A program made the position numbers and the translations under genes. DNA of 64,000 nt, taken from NCBI GenBank assembly GCA_965221535.1, contig OZ244894.1, forward strand, positions 2,609,059 through 2,673,058, given 5' to 3'. This document shows, in pieces, positions 44,698-54,185 of the stretch. Below the pieces are notes generated by a model. The model was not told the DNA's origin and searched no databases. It saw nothing but the letters and a program-made list of their open reading frames with translations. This DNA is from Longimicrobiales bacterium. Lineage in GTDB: Bacteria > Gemmatimonadota > Gemmatimonadetes > Longimicrobiales > Gaopeijiaceae. Positions within the stretch are counted from its first letter, which is position 1, and the number at the start of each line of letters is the position of its first letter.

Positions 44698-45257
44698 TAA
44701 GGCCACAGCCAGCCGAAGGCGCCTCCTGTAAGTAGTCCGTAGATCAGCCCGTCGGCCATGCTCCGCGCCGTCGGGCCCCAGCCCTGGCTTTGCCAGATGG
44801 CGTCCTGGATGTGGGCGAGGGAGTATCCCATGAAGGCCGTGGTCGATGCGATGCGGAAGACGTCCATGTAGTCGGCGCCCGGGCCCAGGGCGCGGCCGGT
44901 CACGTAGGCCGCGAACAGGCCCACCAAGGCGCAGTAGGCGAACCACTGGACGAGCTCGCGATTCATGTTGAGGGGCTCGCGAACGGGCAGAATGGTGAGC
45001 ATGGCGGCCGGGCCGCGCCGCACCTTGTCCTGGAACTCCTTCGAGCCCTGGACCGCGGTGCTCCCGGCGTGGGGCAGCGAGTAGTTGCCGGGGGGCAGGT
45101 CGAAGCCGCGCAGCGCGTCCATCAGGCCGTCTTCGTCGGGGGCGGCGCGGAAGTCGTTGGCGTGCCAGTTGAGAAACATGTGGATCGCCGAACTCGCGAC
45201 GAACACGAGCACGGCGGACGCGAGGATCGGCATCCAGAGGCTGAGCGCAGGGACCAT
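44697..45257 (-). CDS. Hypothetical integral membrane protein (about 186 aa, 4 TMs)
   Basis: Sub-range of ORF 44697..45380. AAGGAG, 7-nt spacer, then ATG 45257 gives MVPALSLWMPILASAVLVFVASSAIHMFLNW…. Confidence 0.6.
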   Translation of the reverse strand: MVPALSLWMPILASAVLVFVASSAIHMFLNWHANDFRAAPDEDGLMDALRGFDLPPGNYSLPHAGSTAVQGSKEFQDKVRRGPAAMLTILPVREPLNMNRELVQWFAYCALVGLFAAYVTGRALGPGADYMDVFRIASTTAFMGYSLAHIQDAIWQSQGWGPTARSMADGLIYGLLTGGAFGWLWP

Positions 45258-45431
45258 GGTAGAGCTCCTTGGGGCTGTGGTGTGGTATGGCGACCGGAGA
45301 ATCCGGGCGCTGACCGCAGGCGTGGCGCGAGTCCGGCGACCGGAGATCCGCCACTCACTCGCCTTGCCGCCAGGGCACACTGCCGCAAGTGTGGAGGATC
45401 CGCGACCGCCCCTTCAACAGGAGTCTTCACC

Positions 45432-46499
45432 ATGCGAATCGCAAGAGTGCTCGCCCCGTGGGTCGCCGTGTGCGCGCTGGCCGCGTGCGAAATCCCGGAC
45501 TCGCCCGCCGCCGACGCCCCGCCCCCGCCCGGCTCCGACTACGTCGGCCCGGCCTTCGAGTTCGAAGAGGTCGTGCCCGGGATCTATCACGCCCGGGGGA
45601 CCGGCAGCCTGGCCGTGGGATCGCACGGCGCGGTGATCGTCAACGAGGAGGACGTGCTGCTGGTCGAGTCGCACATCTCGCCGGCGGCCGCCCGTGCCGT
45701 GCTGGACGAGATCGAGGCGCTGACCGACCGGCCCGTGCGGCATGTGGTCAACACCCACTACCACTTCGACCACGCGCACGGCAATCAGGCGTACCCGCCC
45801 GACGTGCACGTGATCGGCCACGAGACCACGCGCGAGATGCTGGAGAACGGCAGCTCGATGGGGCGCTCGTACCAGGGGTTCGTGGGCAGCCTGCCGGCCC
45901 AGGTGGCGGCACTCGAAGAGCAGCTCGCCGCTGCCGACGACGAAGAGGCGCGCGCCGACCTGGAAACCCGCCTCGCCTACGCGCGCAACTACCTCGCGGG
46001 ACAGCAGGATCTGGTGCCGGTGGCGCCCAACACCACCCTGTCCGAGCGCATGACGCTGTTCCGGGGCGGTCGCGAGATCCGTCTGCTCTTCTTCGGGCGA
46101 GGCCACACCGGCGGCGACGTTGTGGTGCACCTGCCGCAGGAGCGCGTGATCATCACCGGAGACCTGCTGCTGCCGGGCCTGCCGTACATGGGCGACGGCT
46201 ATCTGGACGAGTGGGACGACACCCTGGAGCATCTCAAGTCCCTGGAGTTCGACTGGGTTCTGCCCGGGCACGGCAACCCGTTCCAGGACAGGGAGCGGAT
46301 CACGCACCAGCAGGAATACATGCGGGACCTGCAGACGCGGGCGGCGGCCCTGCACGCCGAAGGGCTGTCGTACGAAGAGGCGGCGGTGCGGATCGACATG
46401 ACGGACCACGCGGACAACTACCCGCAGATCATCGGTCCGGGCGTGCCGGCGGTCGCGGTTCAGCGGATCTTCGAGCTGTTGGACGAGGGCGCCCGGTAG
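45432..46499 (+). CDS. MBL-fold metallo-hydrolase (metallo-beta-lactamase superfamily), lipoprotein
   Basis: Sub-range of ORF 44790..46499. ATG 45432 gives MRIARVLAPWVAVCALAACE. HYHFDHAHG motif plus downstream His/Asp ligands. Confidence 0.8.
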   Translation: MRIARVLAPWVAVCALAACEIPDSPAADAPPPPGSDYVGPAFEFEEVVPGIYHARGTGSLAVGSHGAVIVNEEDVLLVESHISPAAARAVLDEIEALTDRPVRHVVNTHYHFDHAHGNQAYPPDVHVIGHETTREMLENGSSMGRSYQGFVGSLPAQVAALEEQLAAADDEEARADLETRLAYARNYLAGQQDLVPVAPNTTLSERMTLFRGGREIRLLFFGRGHTGGDVVVHLPQERVIITGDLLLPGLPYMGDGYLDEWDDTLEHLKSLEFDWVLPGHGNPFQDRERITHQQEYMRDLQTRAAALHAEGLSYEEAAVRIDMTDHADNYPQIIGPGVPAVAVQRIFELLDEGAR

Positions 46500-46595
46500 G
46501 CCGCGGGCGGGGCACCGCCGTCCCCAATGGTGCGCAGTTCATTCAGTGTGTGAATGAAAGTCATTCACAACATGCATGAGTTCCATTCATTATCT

Positions 46596-46650
46596 AGATG
46601 ATTGTCATTCGCTGTTTACATGATTATCATTCACAACATGAATGATATAT
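46596..46650. repeat. AT-rich palindromic motif region (TCATTCA-N-TGAATGA inverted repeats plus a TGTCAT-N6-TTTACAT unit) overlapping the AAA ATPase start
   Basis: …ATGATTGTCATTCGCTGTTTACATGATTATCATTCACAACATGAATGATATAT…. Further cattca/tgaatg palindromes upstream at 46561-46590. Confidence 0.6.
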
Positions 46651-47927
46651 CCCTGCCCCGAGCGGTCTCCGAACGTCTGGAGGCGGCGCTGCGGGTCATG
46701 CCCGCCGTGGTCGTCGCCGGGGCGCGCCAGACGGGGAAGAGCACGCTGGCACGGGCAGCCGGGTCGGCGGAGGCCGCGCGGGCAGCCGAGGCCGCGCAGA
46801 CTGCCGGGTCGGCCAGCCACCCGCGACGGTACATGTCGCTGGACGACTTCGACGTGCTCGACCTCGCGCAGCGCGATCCGGAGGCGCTTGTGCGCGACTC
46901 GGGGCCGGTCACGCTCGACGAGGTGCAGCGCGAGCCCGATCTGCTGTTTGCCGTGAAGCGCGAGATCGACCGCGAGCGCCGACCCGGGCGCTTTCTGCTT
47001 ACCGGCTCGGCCAACCTGCTGCTCATGCGCCGCGTGTCGGAGTCGCTGGCCGGTCGCGCGAGCTACCTGACCCTGTGGCCGATGACCCGACGAGAGCAGC
47101 TTGGGCTCGGCCGGTGCGGAGTCTGGGAGGATCTGGTCGAGGTCCCCGACCGGGACTGGCCCGATGTCGTGGCTGCCGACGCCGCTGGGCCGGAGGACTG
47201 GCGGGAGTGCGCGCGACGCGGGGGATTCCCGTTCCCCGCCGTCCACCTTGGAATGGACGAGGAGCGAGCCATCTGGTTCGACGGCTACGTGCGCACGTAC
47301 CTCGAGCGCGACCTCCGGACGCTCTCCTCTGTCCATTCGCTGCCGGACTTCCGCAGGCTCATGCGAGCCGCCTGTCTGCGCATTGGCTCGACGGTGAACC
47401 AGAGCGACCTGGGCCGCGACGTCGGACTGAGCCAGCCAACGGTCCATCGCTACCTGAACCTGCTCGAAGCCTCGTACCTGCTGGTGCGCGTGCCGGCCTA
47501 CTCCGTCAATCGCACCAAGCGGCTGATCAAGTCGCCCAAGCTCTACTGGGGGGACACGGGGCTGGCAATGCACCTGTCGCAGGAGACGGAGCCCCGGGGC
47601 GCCCACCTGGAGAACCTGGTGCTGCAGGACCTGCTCGCCTGGCGTGACTCGCGGGCTGCCGCGGCCGAAGTGCTGCACTGGCGGGCGACAACGGGCGAGG
47701 AGGTGGACTTCGTGGTCGAGGCCGGGGGCGCGCTGCTTCCAGTCGAAGTGAAGGCGACCACGCGACCCCGGGTCGCGCACGCGGCCAACCTGCGCGCGTT
47801 TCGGACAGAGTACGGCGCCGCGGAATACGGCGGCGCGGCCCGCTCGGGCCTGCTCCTGCACGGCGGCGACTCGGTGGAGTGGCTCACCCCGGAGGTGCTT
47901 GCCGTGCCTTGGTGGCGGGTGATTTAG
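46620..47927 (+). CDS. AAA+ ATPase with DUF4143 C-terminal domain (AAA_14/DUF4143 family)
   Basis: ORF 46602..47927. Likely start ATG 46620 or 46638 (MNDISLPRAV…). Walker A GARQTGKST, FLLTGSANLL, C-terminal DUF4143-like region. Confidence 0.75.
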   Translation: MIIIHNMNDISLPRAVSERLEAALRVMPAVVVAGARQTGKSTLARAAGSAEAARAAEAAQTAGSASHPRRYMSLDDFDVLDLAQRDPEALVRDSGPVTLDEVQREPDLLFAVKREIDRERRPGRFLLTGSANLLLMRRVSESLAGRASYLTLWPMTRREQLGLGRCGVWEDLVEVPDRDWPDVVAADAAGPEDWRECARRGGFPFPAVHLGMDEERAIWFDGYVRTYLERDLRTLSSVHSLPDFRRLMRAACLRIGSTVNQSDLGRDVGLSQPTVHRYLNLLEASYLLVRVPAYSVNRTKRLIKSPKLYWGDTGLAMHLSQETEPRGAHLENLVLQDLLAWRDSRAAAAEVLHWRATTGEEVDFVVEAGGALLPVEVKATTRPRVAHAANLRAFRTEYGAAEYGGAARSGLLLHGGDSVEWLTPEVLAVPWWRVI

Positions 47928-47965
47928 AGACGGGCGCCGCATAGGAACGCGCGGCCCCCGCCCCC

Positions 47966-50900
47966 TCACCGCTCCGGCAGCGCCACCGCCTCGCCCGGCT
48001 GCGGCCTCACGCCTGGGGCGTAGAGCTGCGCGTTCAAGGCCGGCACGCGCGACGTGACGAGCTCGTTCAGCGGGCCGAGCAGCTCGGCGACGAGCTCCCA
48101 CGCATGGTCGACCTGCCACAGCTGGTCCTCGGTCGGCAGGGTGGACGAGCCCTGGATGGCTGACGCCACGCCCGCGTTGCGGCGCGCGTCCCCGACATCG
48201 TCGTCGATCTCGTCGAGGGCCTCGCGGATCGCGTCGAGCTCGTCGGCCAGGCCGTCGGGGGGCTCGTCGGCGGCCTCGATCAGCGCCTGGGCCGCGTCGA
48301 GCTGCTCCTCGAGCGCGCGGACCGCGCCGCCGGCCTCGTAGATCGCGGGGGCGAGACGGTGCAGGCTCATCAGGGTCTCCTGGCGGGCCAAGCGGTCGGC
48401 GCGGGTCATGGGGCGGCGCGGATCGGCCTGGATCTCGACGGTCGACGAGTACGTCTGCCCGCCCACCGTCATGCTGACCGTGTAGACGCCGGGCAGCGCG
48501 ACGGGGCCCTGCGGCACGCCCGGCTGGCCGAACCCGACCGGCGCAGGGGGGCCGTCGGGCTCGTAGGGCGCATCGAGGCGCCAGTCCCAGACGACCTCGT
48601 TGACGCCGGCGCCGGACGGGGCTTCCAGGGTGCGGACGTGGCCACCGTCCGAATCGGTGATGGTTAGCGCGAAGGCGGACTCTTGGGCAGGCTCGCCGTC
48701 GGCCATGTCGTCGCCGTCTCCGGCGCTGGGACCGTTGCCGTCGCCCGGATCGCCGGCCTCCTCCCCCTCTTCTTCGGCCATCGGCGCCCGCCAATCGTCG
48801 CGCAGGTAGTAGCGGACCAGGGTGCCGCGCGGGGGGTTCGGCGCGGAGTACGTGGCGCCTGTGAAGGGCCAGTCGCCGCGCTGGGCCCACATGATCGTCT
48901 CGCGGGCCTGCGGAAAGACGCGGCCCGGCTCGGCGAGGGTCTCGGCCGAGAGGTGCTCCAGGGCGGACACGTCGGCCAGGATCCAGAACGAGCGGCCGTG
49001 CGTGCCGACGAGCAGGTCGTTGTCGCGCGGGTGGACGAGGATGTCGTCGACCGGCACGACGGGCATGTTGTTCTTGAGCTGCACCCACTGCTCGCCGCGG
49101 TCGACCGAGACGAAGACGCCGATCTCGTTGCCGGCGAAGAGCAGGTTGGGCGCGCGGTGGTGCTCGGTGACGACGTTGACCGACCAGCCGTCGGGCAGGC
49201 CGTTGGTGATTCTGCGCCAGCTCTGGCCGTGGTCCTCGCTGACGTAGACGTAGGCCGCGTAGTCGGCGTTGCGGTGCCCGTCGAAGCTGGCGTAGACCCG
49301 GCCCTCGGCGTGGTGCGAGGGCTCGACGCGGCTCACGTAGGTGCGCTCGGGAAGGTCGGGAATGCGGTCGGCGACGCTGGTCCAGGTTGCGCCGTCGTCC
49401 ATGCTGACCTGGACGTTGCCGTCGTCGGTGCCGACGTAGAGCAGCCCGGGCACGAGCGGCGACTCGGCGAAGGCGGTCAGGTTGCCGTAGGTCGAGATGC
49501 CGTCGTTGACCGACATCTGCGGCTCGGACCCCGGCACGCCCATGATCTCGAGCTCGCTGCGGTCGATCTGCCGGGTCAGGTCGAGGCCGCCGACCTCCTC
49601 CCACGACATGCCGCGGTCGCGCGAGCGGAGCAGGTAGTTGGCGCCCAGGTACACGGTGGCCGGGTCGTGGGGCGACAGCTGGAGCGGCGAATTCCAGTTG
49701 AAGCGGTACGTCTTGGCGGTGTCGCCGTCGGCGCGGGGGCCGGTTATGGGACGCATCGGCGTCTTCTCGCCGGTGTTGAGGTCGTACCGGTTCATGTTCC
49801 CGTTCTGGGACTCGGAGAAGACGATGCTGGAGTCGGTCGGGTCGACGATGGTGAAGAAGCCGTCGCCGTACGCGGTCTCGTACCAGTCCTGGTGGCGGAT
49901 GCCGTGGAACGAGCGCGTGTTCGAGGGCCCGCACCAGGGGTCGTTGTCCTGCAGCCCGCCGCAGACGTAGTACGGGTCGCGCATGTCGAAGCCGATCGCG
50001 TAGAACTGCCCCAGCGCCAGGTTGTCGAACATGCGCCAGTGGCCGGTCCCGTCCCAGCTGGCGGCCACGCCGCCGTCGGTGCCCAGGATCAGGTGGTCGG
50101 GGTCGGCGGGGTTGATCCATAACGCGTGATGGTCGACGTGGATCTGCGTCGCGCCGTCGCTGCGGAAGGTGCGGCCCGCGTCGTCCGACACCATTAGCGC
50201 GCTGCCGAGCACGTATATGCGGTCGGGGTTGGTCGGGTCGATGCGGACCTGCGAGTAGTACATGGGGCGCGGGTTGGTGTTCGACATCTTCTCCCAGCTG
50301 TCGCCGCGGTCGAGCGAGCGGAAGAGGCCGCCTCTGGGCTCGCCGCCGCCCCCGCCGCCGCCGAAGAACCCCGCGCCGGGCGTGCGCGCGTCCGCCTCGA
50401 CGAGCGCGTAGACGACGCTGCCGTCCTGCCGGAAGACGTCGACGCCGATGCGCCCCTTGTCGCCGTCGGGCAGCCCGTCGGTGAGCTCGGTCCAGGTGTC
50501 GCCGCCGTCGAAGGTCCGGTGCAGGCCGCTGCCGGGCCCGCCGCCGTTGAACCCCCAGCCGGTGCGCTGCCGCTGGTACATGGCCGCGAAGATGGTGTTC
50601 GGGTCGCCCGGGTCCATGGCCAGGTCGATCGCGCCGGTGTGCTCGTCGATGTACAGCACCTTCTCCCACGTCTCGCCGCCGTCCCGGGTGCGGAAGACGC
50701 CGCGCTCCTCGTTCGGGCCCCACAGGTCGCCCACAGCCGCGACGTACACAACGTCGGGGTTGCGCGGATGGATGAGGATGCGCCCGATGTGCTTCGTGGC
50801 GTCCAGACCCATGTGCCGCCACGTGTTCCCGGCGTCGGTGGACTTGTAGACCCCGTTGCCCCAGCCCGAGGACTGCCGGTTCTGCGGCTCCCCGGTCCCC

Positions 50901-51259
50901 ACCCACACCAGATTCGGGTTGGACTGGTCGAGCGTGACGTCGCCGATCGAGCTGGTGGGCTGGTCGTCGAAGAGCGGCGTCCACGACGTGCCGTGGTTCT
51001 CGGTCCTCCACACGCCGCCCGTCCCCGTCGCGATGTAGAACACCTGCGGCTTCGACTCGACCACGGCCAGGTCCGAGATGCGCCCGCCCATGAGCGCCGG
51101 CCCGATCTCGCGGTACTGCATGTGCGAGACGGCGGTCTCGAGGGTGGTCTGGGCGGCGGCGGGCGGGGTGGCGAGGGCGAAGTGGGCGATGTGCGCCAGG
51201 GTGGCGGCGGTGGCGAGCAGGAGGGCCGGGGGGCGGGGGAAGGCGCGTGGGGTGTTCAT
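47966..51259 (-). CDS. Large secreted BNR/Asp-box repeat protein (sortilin/VPS10- or GH74-like double beta-propeller)
   Basis: C-terminal 1097 aa of giant ORF 47966..54022. ATG 51259 gives MNTPRAFPRPPALLLATAATLAHIAHFALA. Many SxDxGxTW boxes (STDAGNTW, TRDGGETW, TFDGGDTW, SLDRGDSW, SRDRGMSW, MDDGATWT, SEDHGQSW, SVDRGEQW). Overlaps the upstream hydrolase gene by 4 bp. Confidence 0.8.
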   Translation of the reverse strand: MNTPRAFPRPPALLLATAATLAHIAHFALATPPAAAQTTLETAVSHMQYREIGPALMGGRISDLAVVESKPQVFYIATGTGGVWRTENHGTSWTPLFDDQPTSSIGDVTLDQSNPNLVWVGTGEPQNRQSSGWGNGVYKSTDAGNTWRHMGLDATKHIGRILIHPRNPDVVYVAAVGDLWGPNEERGVFRTRDGGETWEKVLYIDEHTGAIDLAMDPGDPNTIFAAMYQRQRTGWGFNGGGPGSGLHRTFDGGDTWTELTDGLPDGDKGRIGVDVFRQDGSVVYALVEADARTPGAGFFGGGGGGGEPRGGLFRSLDRGDSWEKMSNTNPRPMYYSQVRIDPTNPDRIYVLGSALMVSDDAGRTFRSDGATQIHVDHHALWINPADPDHLILGTDGGVAASWDGTGHWRMFDNLALGQFYAIGFDMRDPYYVCGGLQDNDPWCGPSNTRSFHGIRHQDWYETAYGDGFFTIVDPTDSSIVFSESQNGNMNRYDLNTGEKTPMRPITGPRADGDTAKTYRFNWNSPLQLSPHDPATVYLGANYLLRSRDRGMSWEEVGGLDLTRQIDRSELEIMGVPGSEPQMSVNDGISTYGNLTAFAESPLVPGLLYVGTDDGNVQVSMDDGATWTSVADRIPDLPERTYVSRVEPSHHAEGRVYASFDGHRNADYAAYVYVSEDHGQSWRRITNGLPDGWSVNVVTEHHRAPNLLFAGNEIGVFVSVDRGEQWVQLKNNMPVVPVDDILVHPRDNDLLVGTHGRSFWILADVSALEHLSAETLAEPGRVFPQARETIMWAQRGDWPFTGATYSAPNPPRGTLVRYYLRDDWRAPMAEEEGEEAGDPGDGNGPSAGDGDDMADGEPAQESAFALTITDSDGGHVRTLEAPSGAGVNEVVWDWRLDAPYEPDGPPAPVGFGQPGVPQGPVALPGVYTVSMTVGGQTYSSTVEIQADPRRPMTRADRLARQETLMSLHRLAPAIYEAGGAVRALEEQLDAAQALIEAADEPPDGLADELDAIREALDEIDDDVGDARRNAGVASAIQGSSTLPTEDQLWQVDHAWELVAELLGPLNELVTSRVPALNAQLYAPGVRPQPGEAVALPER

Positions 51260-52734
51260 GGGGTGTCCACCTTCCTCGAGAAGTTCCCGTGCACGGTGTA
51301 GCTCTCGATCGCGCCCGACTCGTCCCGCTGGAAGATGTAGGCCTCGCCCAGCTCGCCGTCGTCGCGCACGCGGCGGAAGGTGTCGTCCGACTCGCGGCGC
51401 AGCTTCGTCATCGCATTCACCGGATCGCCCGTGGGCAGGCCGACCGAGATCAGGCCGTCGTCCCAGCGCAGGATCGCCGACTCGCCCCAGTTGGATTCGT
51501 ACAGCCCCTCGTACTCGGCCAGCGAGGCCGGACGCGCGGTCCCCCCGCCAGGATCGCTCCGGATCGCCTCGAGCGCCGCCCCGACCGTCGACATCATCCG
51601 CGACCACACGTCGCCCGGGTTGGCCTGGGCGCTGAGCATCGCGATCCCCGCAAGCTTCTTGTCGGGCACCAGCTGGAACGTCGTGCGAAAGCCCGGGCAG
51701 CTCCCCCCGTGCCCCACCGTGCGCTCGCCGTCGCGCTCCCCGACCGAGAACCCGAGCCCCCACATGGCGTCGAAGTCGGGGTCCACCCAGTGCACCCGGT
51801 GCATCTCGCGCAGCGTGTTGACGTCCAGGACCTCGGTCCCGCCGTTCTCCAGCAGCCGGAACTGCCACGACGCCAGCTTGGCCAGATCCTCGACCGTCGA
51901 CGAGAACCCAGCCGCCGGCGCGATCCCGTGGGCCTGGAAGAATGGCGCCTCGGCGCGCATTCCGTCGCGCTTCAGCCGGCCGTACCCCGTCGCGTAGCGC
52001 CCGCCCCTGTGCTGCTCGGGAATGTCGGTGTACGTGTCCGACATGCCCAGCGGCTCCAGAATGTTGGCGCGGATATAGTCGTCGTAGCCCATCCCCGACG
52101 CCTGCTCCACGATCTGCCCCGCCAGCGCCATCCCCAGGTTCGAGTACTGGAAGTAGCGCTCGCCCGGGTAGAGCGTCTCCTGGTCCGACAGCCCGTCGAT
52201 GATCTCCTCGCGCGTGGGGAACGGGAACTCGGGCCCCGTCCAGTACGGGTGCGCCGACTCGCGCGGCAGCCCCGAGGAGTGGGTCAGAATCCCCTCGACG
52301 CGCACCGGAGGCCCGCCGGGATGCGCCTGCGCCACATCGTACCACGGCAGTATCTCCGACACCGGGTCGTCCAGCCGCAGCTTGCCCGCGTCGCGCTGCT
52401 GCATCACCCCGATCGACGTGAACAGCTTCGAAATCGAGCAGATCGAGTACATCGTCGACGCCGTCGCCTCGACACCCGTCTCGGGATGCGCATGCCCGTA
52501 GCCCTTCGCCCACACCAGATCCTGGTCGTGGACCAGCCCCACGCTCACCGCGGGAATCCTCTCGTAGTCCATCTTCGCGTCCAGCCAGACCTCGAACAGA
52601 TCGAGCGCCTGCCGAAAGCGCGGGTCCTCCGTGGGATCGGCCGACTGGGCGCACCCCGCCGTCGGAGCCAGAACGAGCAGGAGGAGGGAATTGAGGGCGA
52701 ACGCTCTGCCTCGGGAACAAGCTGGGCGCTTCAC
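51256..52734 (-). CDS. Beta-lactamase-fold serine hydrolase (class C beta-lactamase/esterase family), lipoprotein
   Basis: ORF 51256..52734. AAGGGAGG, 5-nt spacer, then GTG. MKRPACSRGRAFALNSLLLLVLAPTAGCAQ. SISK (SxxK) and YSN motifs. Confidence 0.8.
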   Translation of the reverse strand: MKRPACSRGRAFALNSLLLLVLAPTAGCAQSADPTEDPRFRQALDLFEVWLDAKMDYERIPAVSVGLVHDQDLVWAKGYGHAHPETGVEATASTMYSICSISKLFTSIGVMQQRDAGKLRLDDPVSEILPWYDVAQAHPGGPPVRVEGILTHSSGLPRESAHPYWTGPEFPFPTREEIIDGLSDQETLYPGERYFQYSNLGMALAGQIVEQASGMGYDDYIRANILEPLGMSDTYTDIPEQHRGGRYATGYGRLKRDGMRAEAPFFQAHGIAPAAGFSSTVEDLAKLASWQFRLLENGGTEVLDVNTLREMHRVHWVDPDFDAMWGLGFSVGERDGERTVGHGGSCPGFRTTFQLVPDKKLAGIAMLSAQANPGDVWSRMMSTVGAALEAIRSDPGGGTARPASLAEYEGLYESNWGESAILRWDDGLISVGLPTGDPVNAMTKLRRESDDTFRRVRDDGELGEAYIFQRDESGAIESYTVHGNFSRKVDTP

Positions 52735-52824
52735 GGCGACCTCCCTTGTTGCGGGACGGGTGAAAGGGGTCGGCGGTCCGACGCGGCTGCGGGTGCCCGC
52801 GCCTGGCCGCGCTGTCCTCGCAGT

Positions 52825-54042
52825 CTACGGCGTCGCGCGGCTGGCGACCACCCGCCGCACCACCACCCTCTGCACGCCCAGCGCGTCGGTCTCGATGAAC
52901 GCCACCAGCCCGCCCGGGCCGAACGCGTCGGGCATCCGCACACCGGCCGGGTAGCTGCCCAGATAGCGGCCGTCGGGCGTCAGCACGTCGATCGGCCCGT
53001 CGGTGACGGGGTCGGGGCCGCGGCGCCAGACCCAGATCGTGCCGTCGGGGGTGGTCTGCAGGTCCCGGATCACGGGCAGCTCGTGGTAGAACTCGAGCGA
53101 CTCGACCCGTTCGCGCATGATGGCGATCTCGCCGTCCGAAAGCGCGAGCGACTCGATCGCGCTCCGCAGCTCGGCCTCGTGAAGCTCGATTTCGGTCTGT
53201 CGGGCCGCCTCGCGCATGCGGTCGGTCATGGGCCTGGGCGGAATTGGGCGCGCCAGGACCCGCTGCAGGCCGCCGTCGGCATTGGCCACCTTGATCCGGT
53301 ACGCCGACGAATCCGAATACGCCAGGCCGCCGCCGGGGAGCGCCCCGACGAGCAGCGGCGGGGTCAGGCTGCGGTCGCGCTGCGCCCCGTTCGCGGCACG
53401 GTAGCGGCGCTGCTCCGGCCCCGGCATCCATGCCTGGGCGAGCGTGTCGGCACGCACGTCGAAACCGCCGAGAACCAGGCGCACGACGGGCCGGGAAGCT
53501 TCGAGGTTGGGGCCCGTGTCCCCCGCCAGCGCGGCCGTGAGCGACACCGAGTTCACCCTGCCGTTCGGCACCAGCGCGTCGCCGTCCGCCGCCACGTCGA
53601 ACTCGGGCACGACGCTGTAGTCGCCCGGGAAGCGGAACAGGCGCTCGAAGCGGCCGTTGGCGTCGAAGACGTGGAAGCCGTTGCGCTGGAAGTCGAAGAC
53701 GATGGCGCGACCGCTCTCGGACGCCCCGATCCAGGTCGCGTCCTCGAACTCGCCCGGTCCCTCGCCCGCCCGTCCGTACTCGCGGACGAGGCCGCCATTC
53801 TGGTCGAGCACGAACGCCCGCGCCGCCTGGCCGTCGAGGATGTGAAGGTTGCCCGCGCCGTCGAACGCGACGCCCGCGACCCGGCCGAACTGCTCCCACT
53901 CGGGCCCGTCGAGCGACCCGACCCGGTAGACCTCGGCGAATGCCGAGTCGAGCAGCCGGTCGTCTCCGGGAAGCTCGACGATCTCCTGCGCCTGCAGCGC
54001 GCCACCCACCGCCAGCAGGCACACAGCGCGTAAAGTCAACAT
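52825..54042 (-). CDS. Secreted six-bladed beta-propeller (NHL/TolB-like) hypothetical protein
   Basis: C-terminal part of ORF 52825..55959. ATG 54042 (or 54063) gives [19 protein letters not shown]. Motif [11 protein letters not shown] as in the 1674..2912 product. The start codon lies inside tandem-repeat unit 1. Confidence 0.7.
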   Translation of the reverse strand: MLTLRAVCLLAVGGALQAQEIVELPGDDRLLDSAFAEVYRVGSLDGPEWEQFGRVAGVAFDGAGNLHILDGQAARAFVLDQNGGLVREYGRAGEGPGEFEDATWIGASESGRAIVFDFQRNGFHVFDANGRFERLFRFPGDYSVVPEFDVAADGDALVPNGRVNSVSLTAALAGDTGPNLEASRPVVRLVLGGFDVRADTLAQAWMPGPEQRRYRAANGAQRDRSLTPPLLVGALPGGGLAYSDSSAYRIKVANADGGLQRVLARPIPPRPMTDRMREAARQTEIELHEAELRSAIESLALSDGEIAIMRERVESLEFYHELPVIRDLQTTPDGTIWVWRRGPDPVTDGPIDVLTPDGRYLGSYPAGVRMPDAFGPGGLVAFIETDALGVQRVVVRRVVASRATP

Positions 54043-54111
54043 TACATTTTGTAAGGTCAACATTACATTGCGTAAGCTCGACATTACGTTTTGTACACTC
54101 GACACTACACT
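54028..54111. repeat. Four tandem 21-bp AT-rich quasi-palindromic repeats (TGTAA-N-TTACA cores) at the 5' end of the beta-propeller gene
   Basis: CGTAAAGTCAACATTACATTT / TGTAAGGTCAACATTACATTG / CGTAAGCTCGACATTACGTTT / TGTACACTCGACACTACACTC. Conservation decays away from the gene start. ATG at 54042 and 54063 lie within units 1 and 2. Confidence 0.8.
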
Positions 54112-54185
54112 CCGCTCCGGTTGCAGCCCTTGTCGGAAAGCCCCCGCCCCGGCACCCCCACCCTTACGCGGCGCGACCGGGGCGC

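Noticed and set aside
44790-46499. 569-aa ORF upstream of the MBL hydrolase
   Set aside because: The N-terminal 214 aa overlap the membrane-protein gene on the opposite strand and lack features. The lipoprotein signal and ATG at 45432 define the real start.
47966-54022. 2018-aa minus-strand ORF
   Set aside because: Only the C-terminal 1097 aa (from ATG 51259) form a coherent BNR protein with a signal peptide. The upstream 920 aa are R/G/A-rich and overlap two real genes in other frames. This is a high-GC read-through artefact.
54028-54111. CRISPR array
   Set aside because: The repeats are directly abutting with no unique spacers and they decay in sequence. It is a simple tandem repeat, not a CRISPR.
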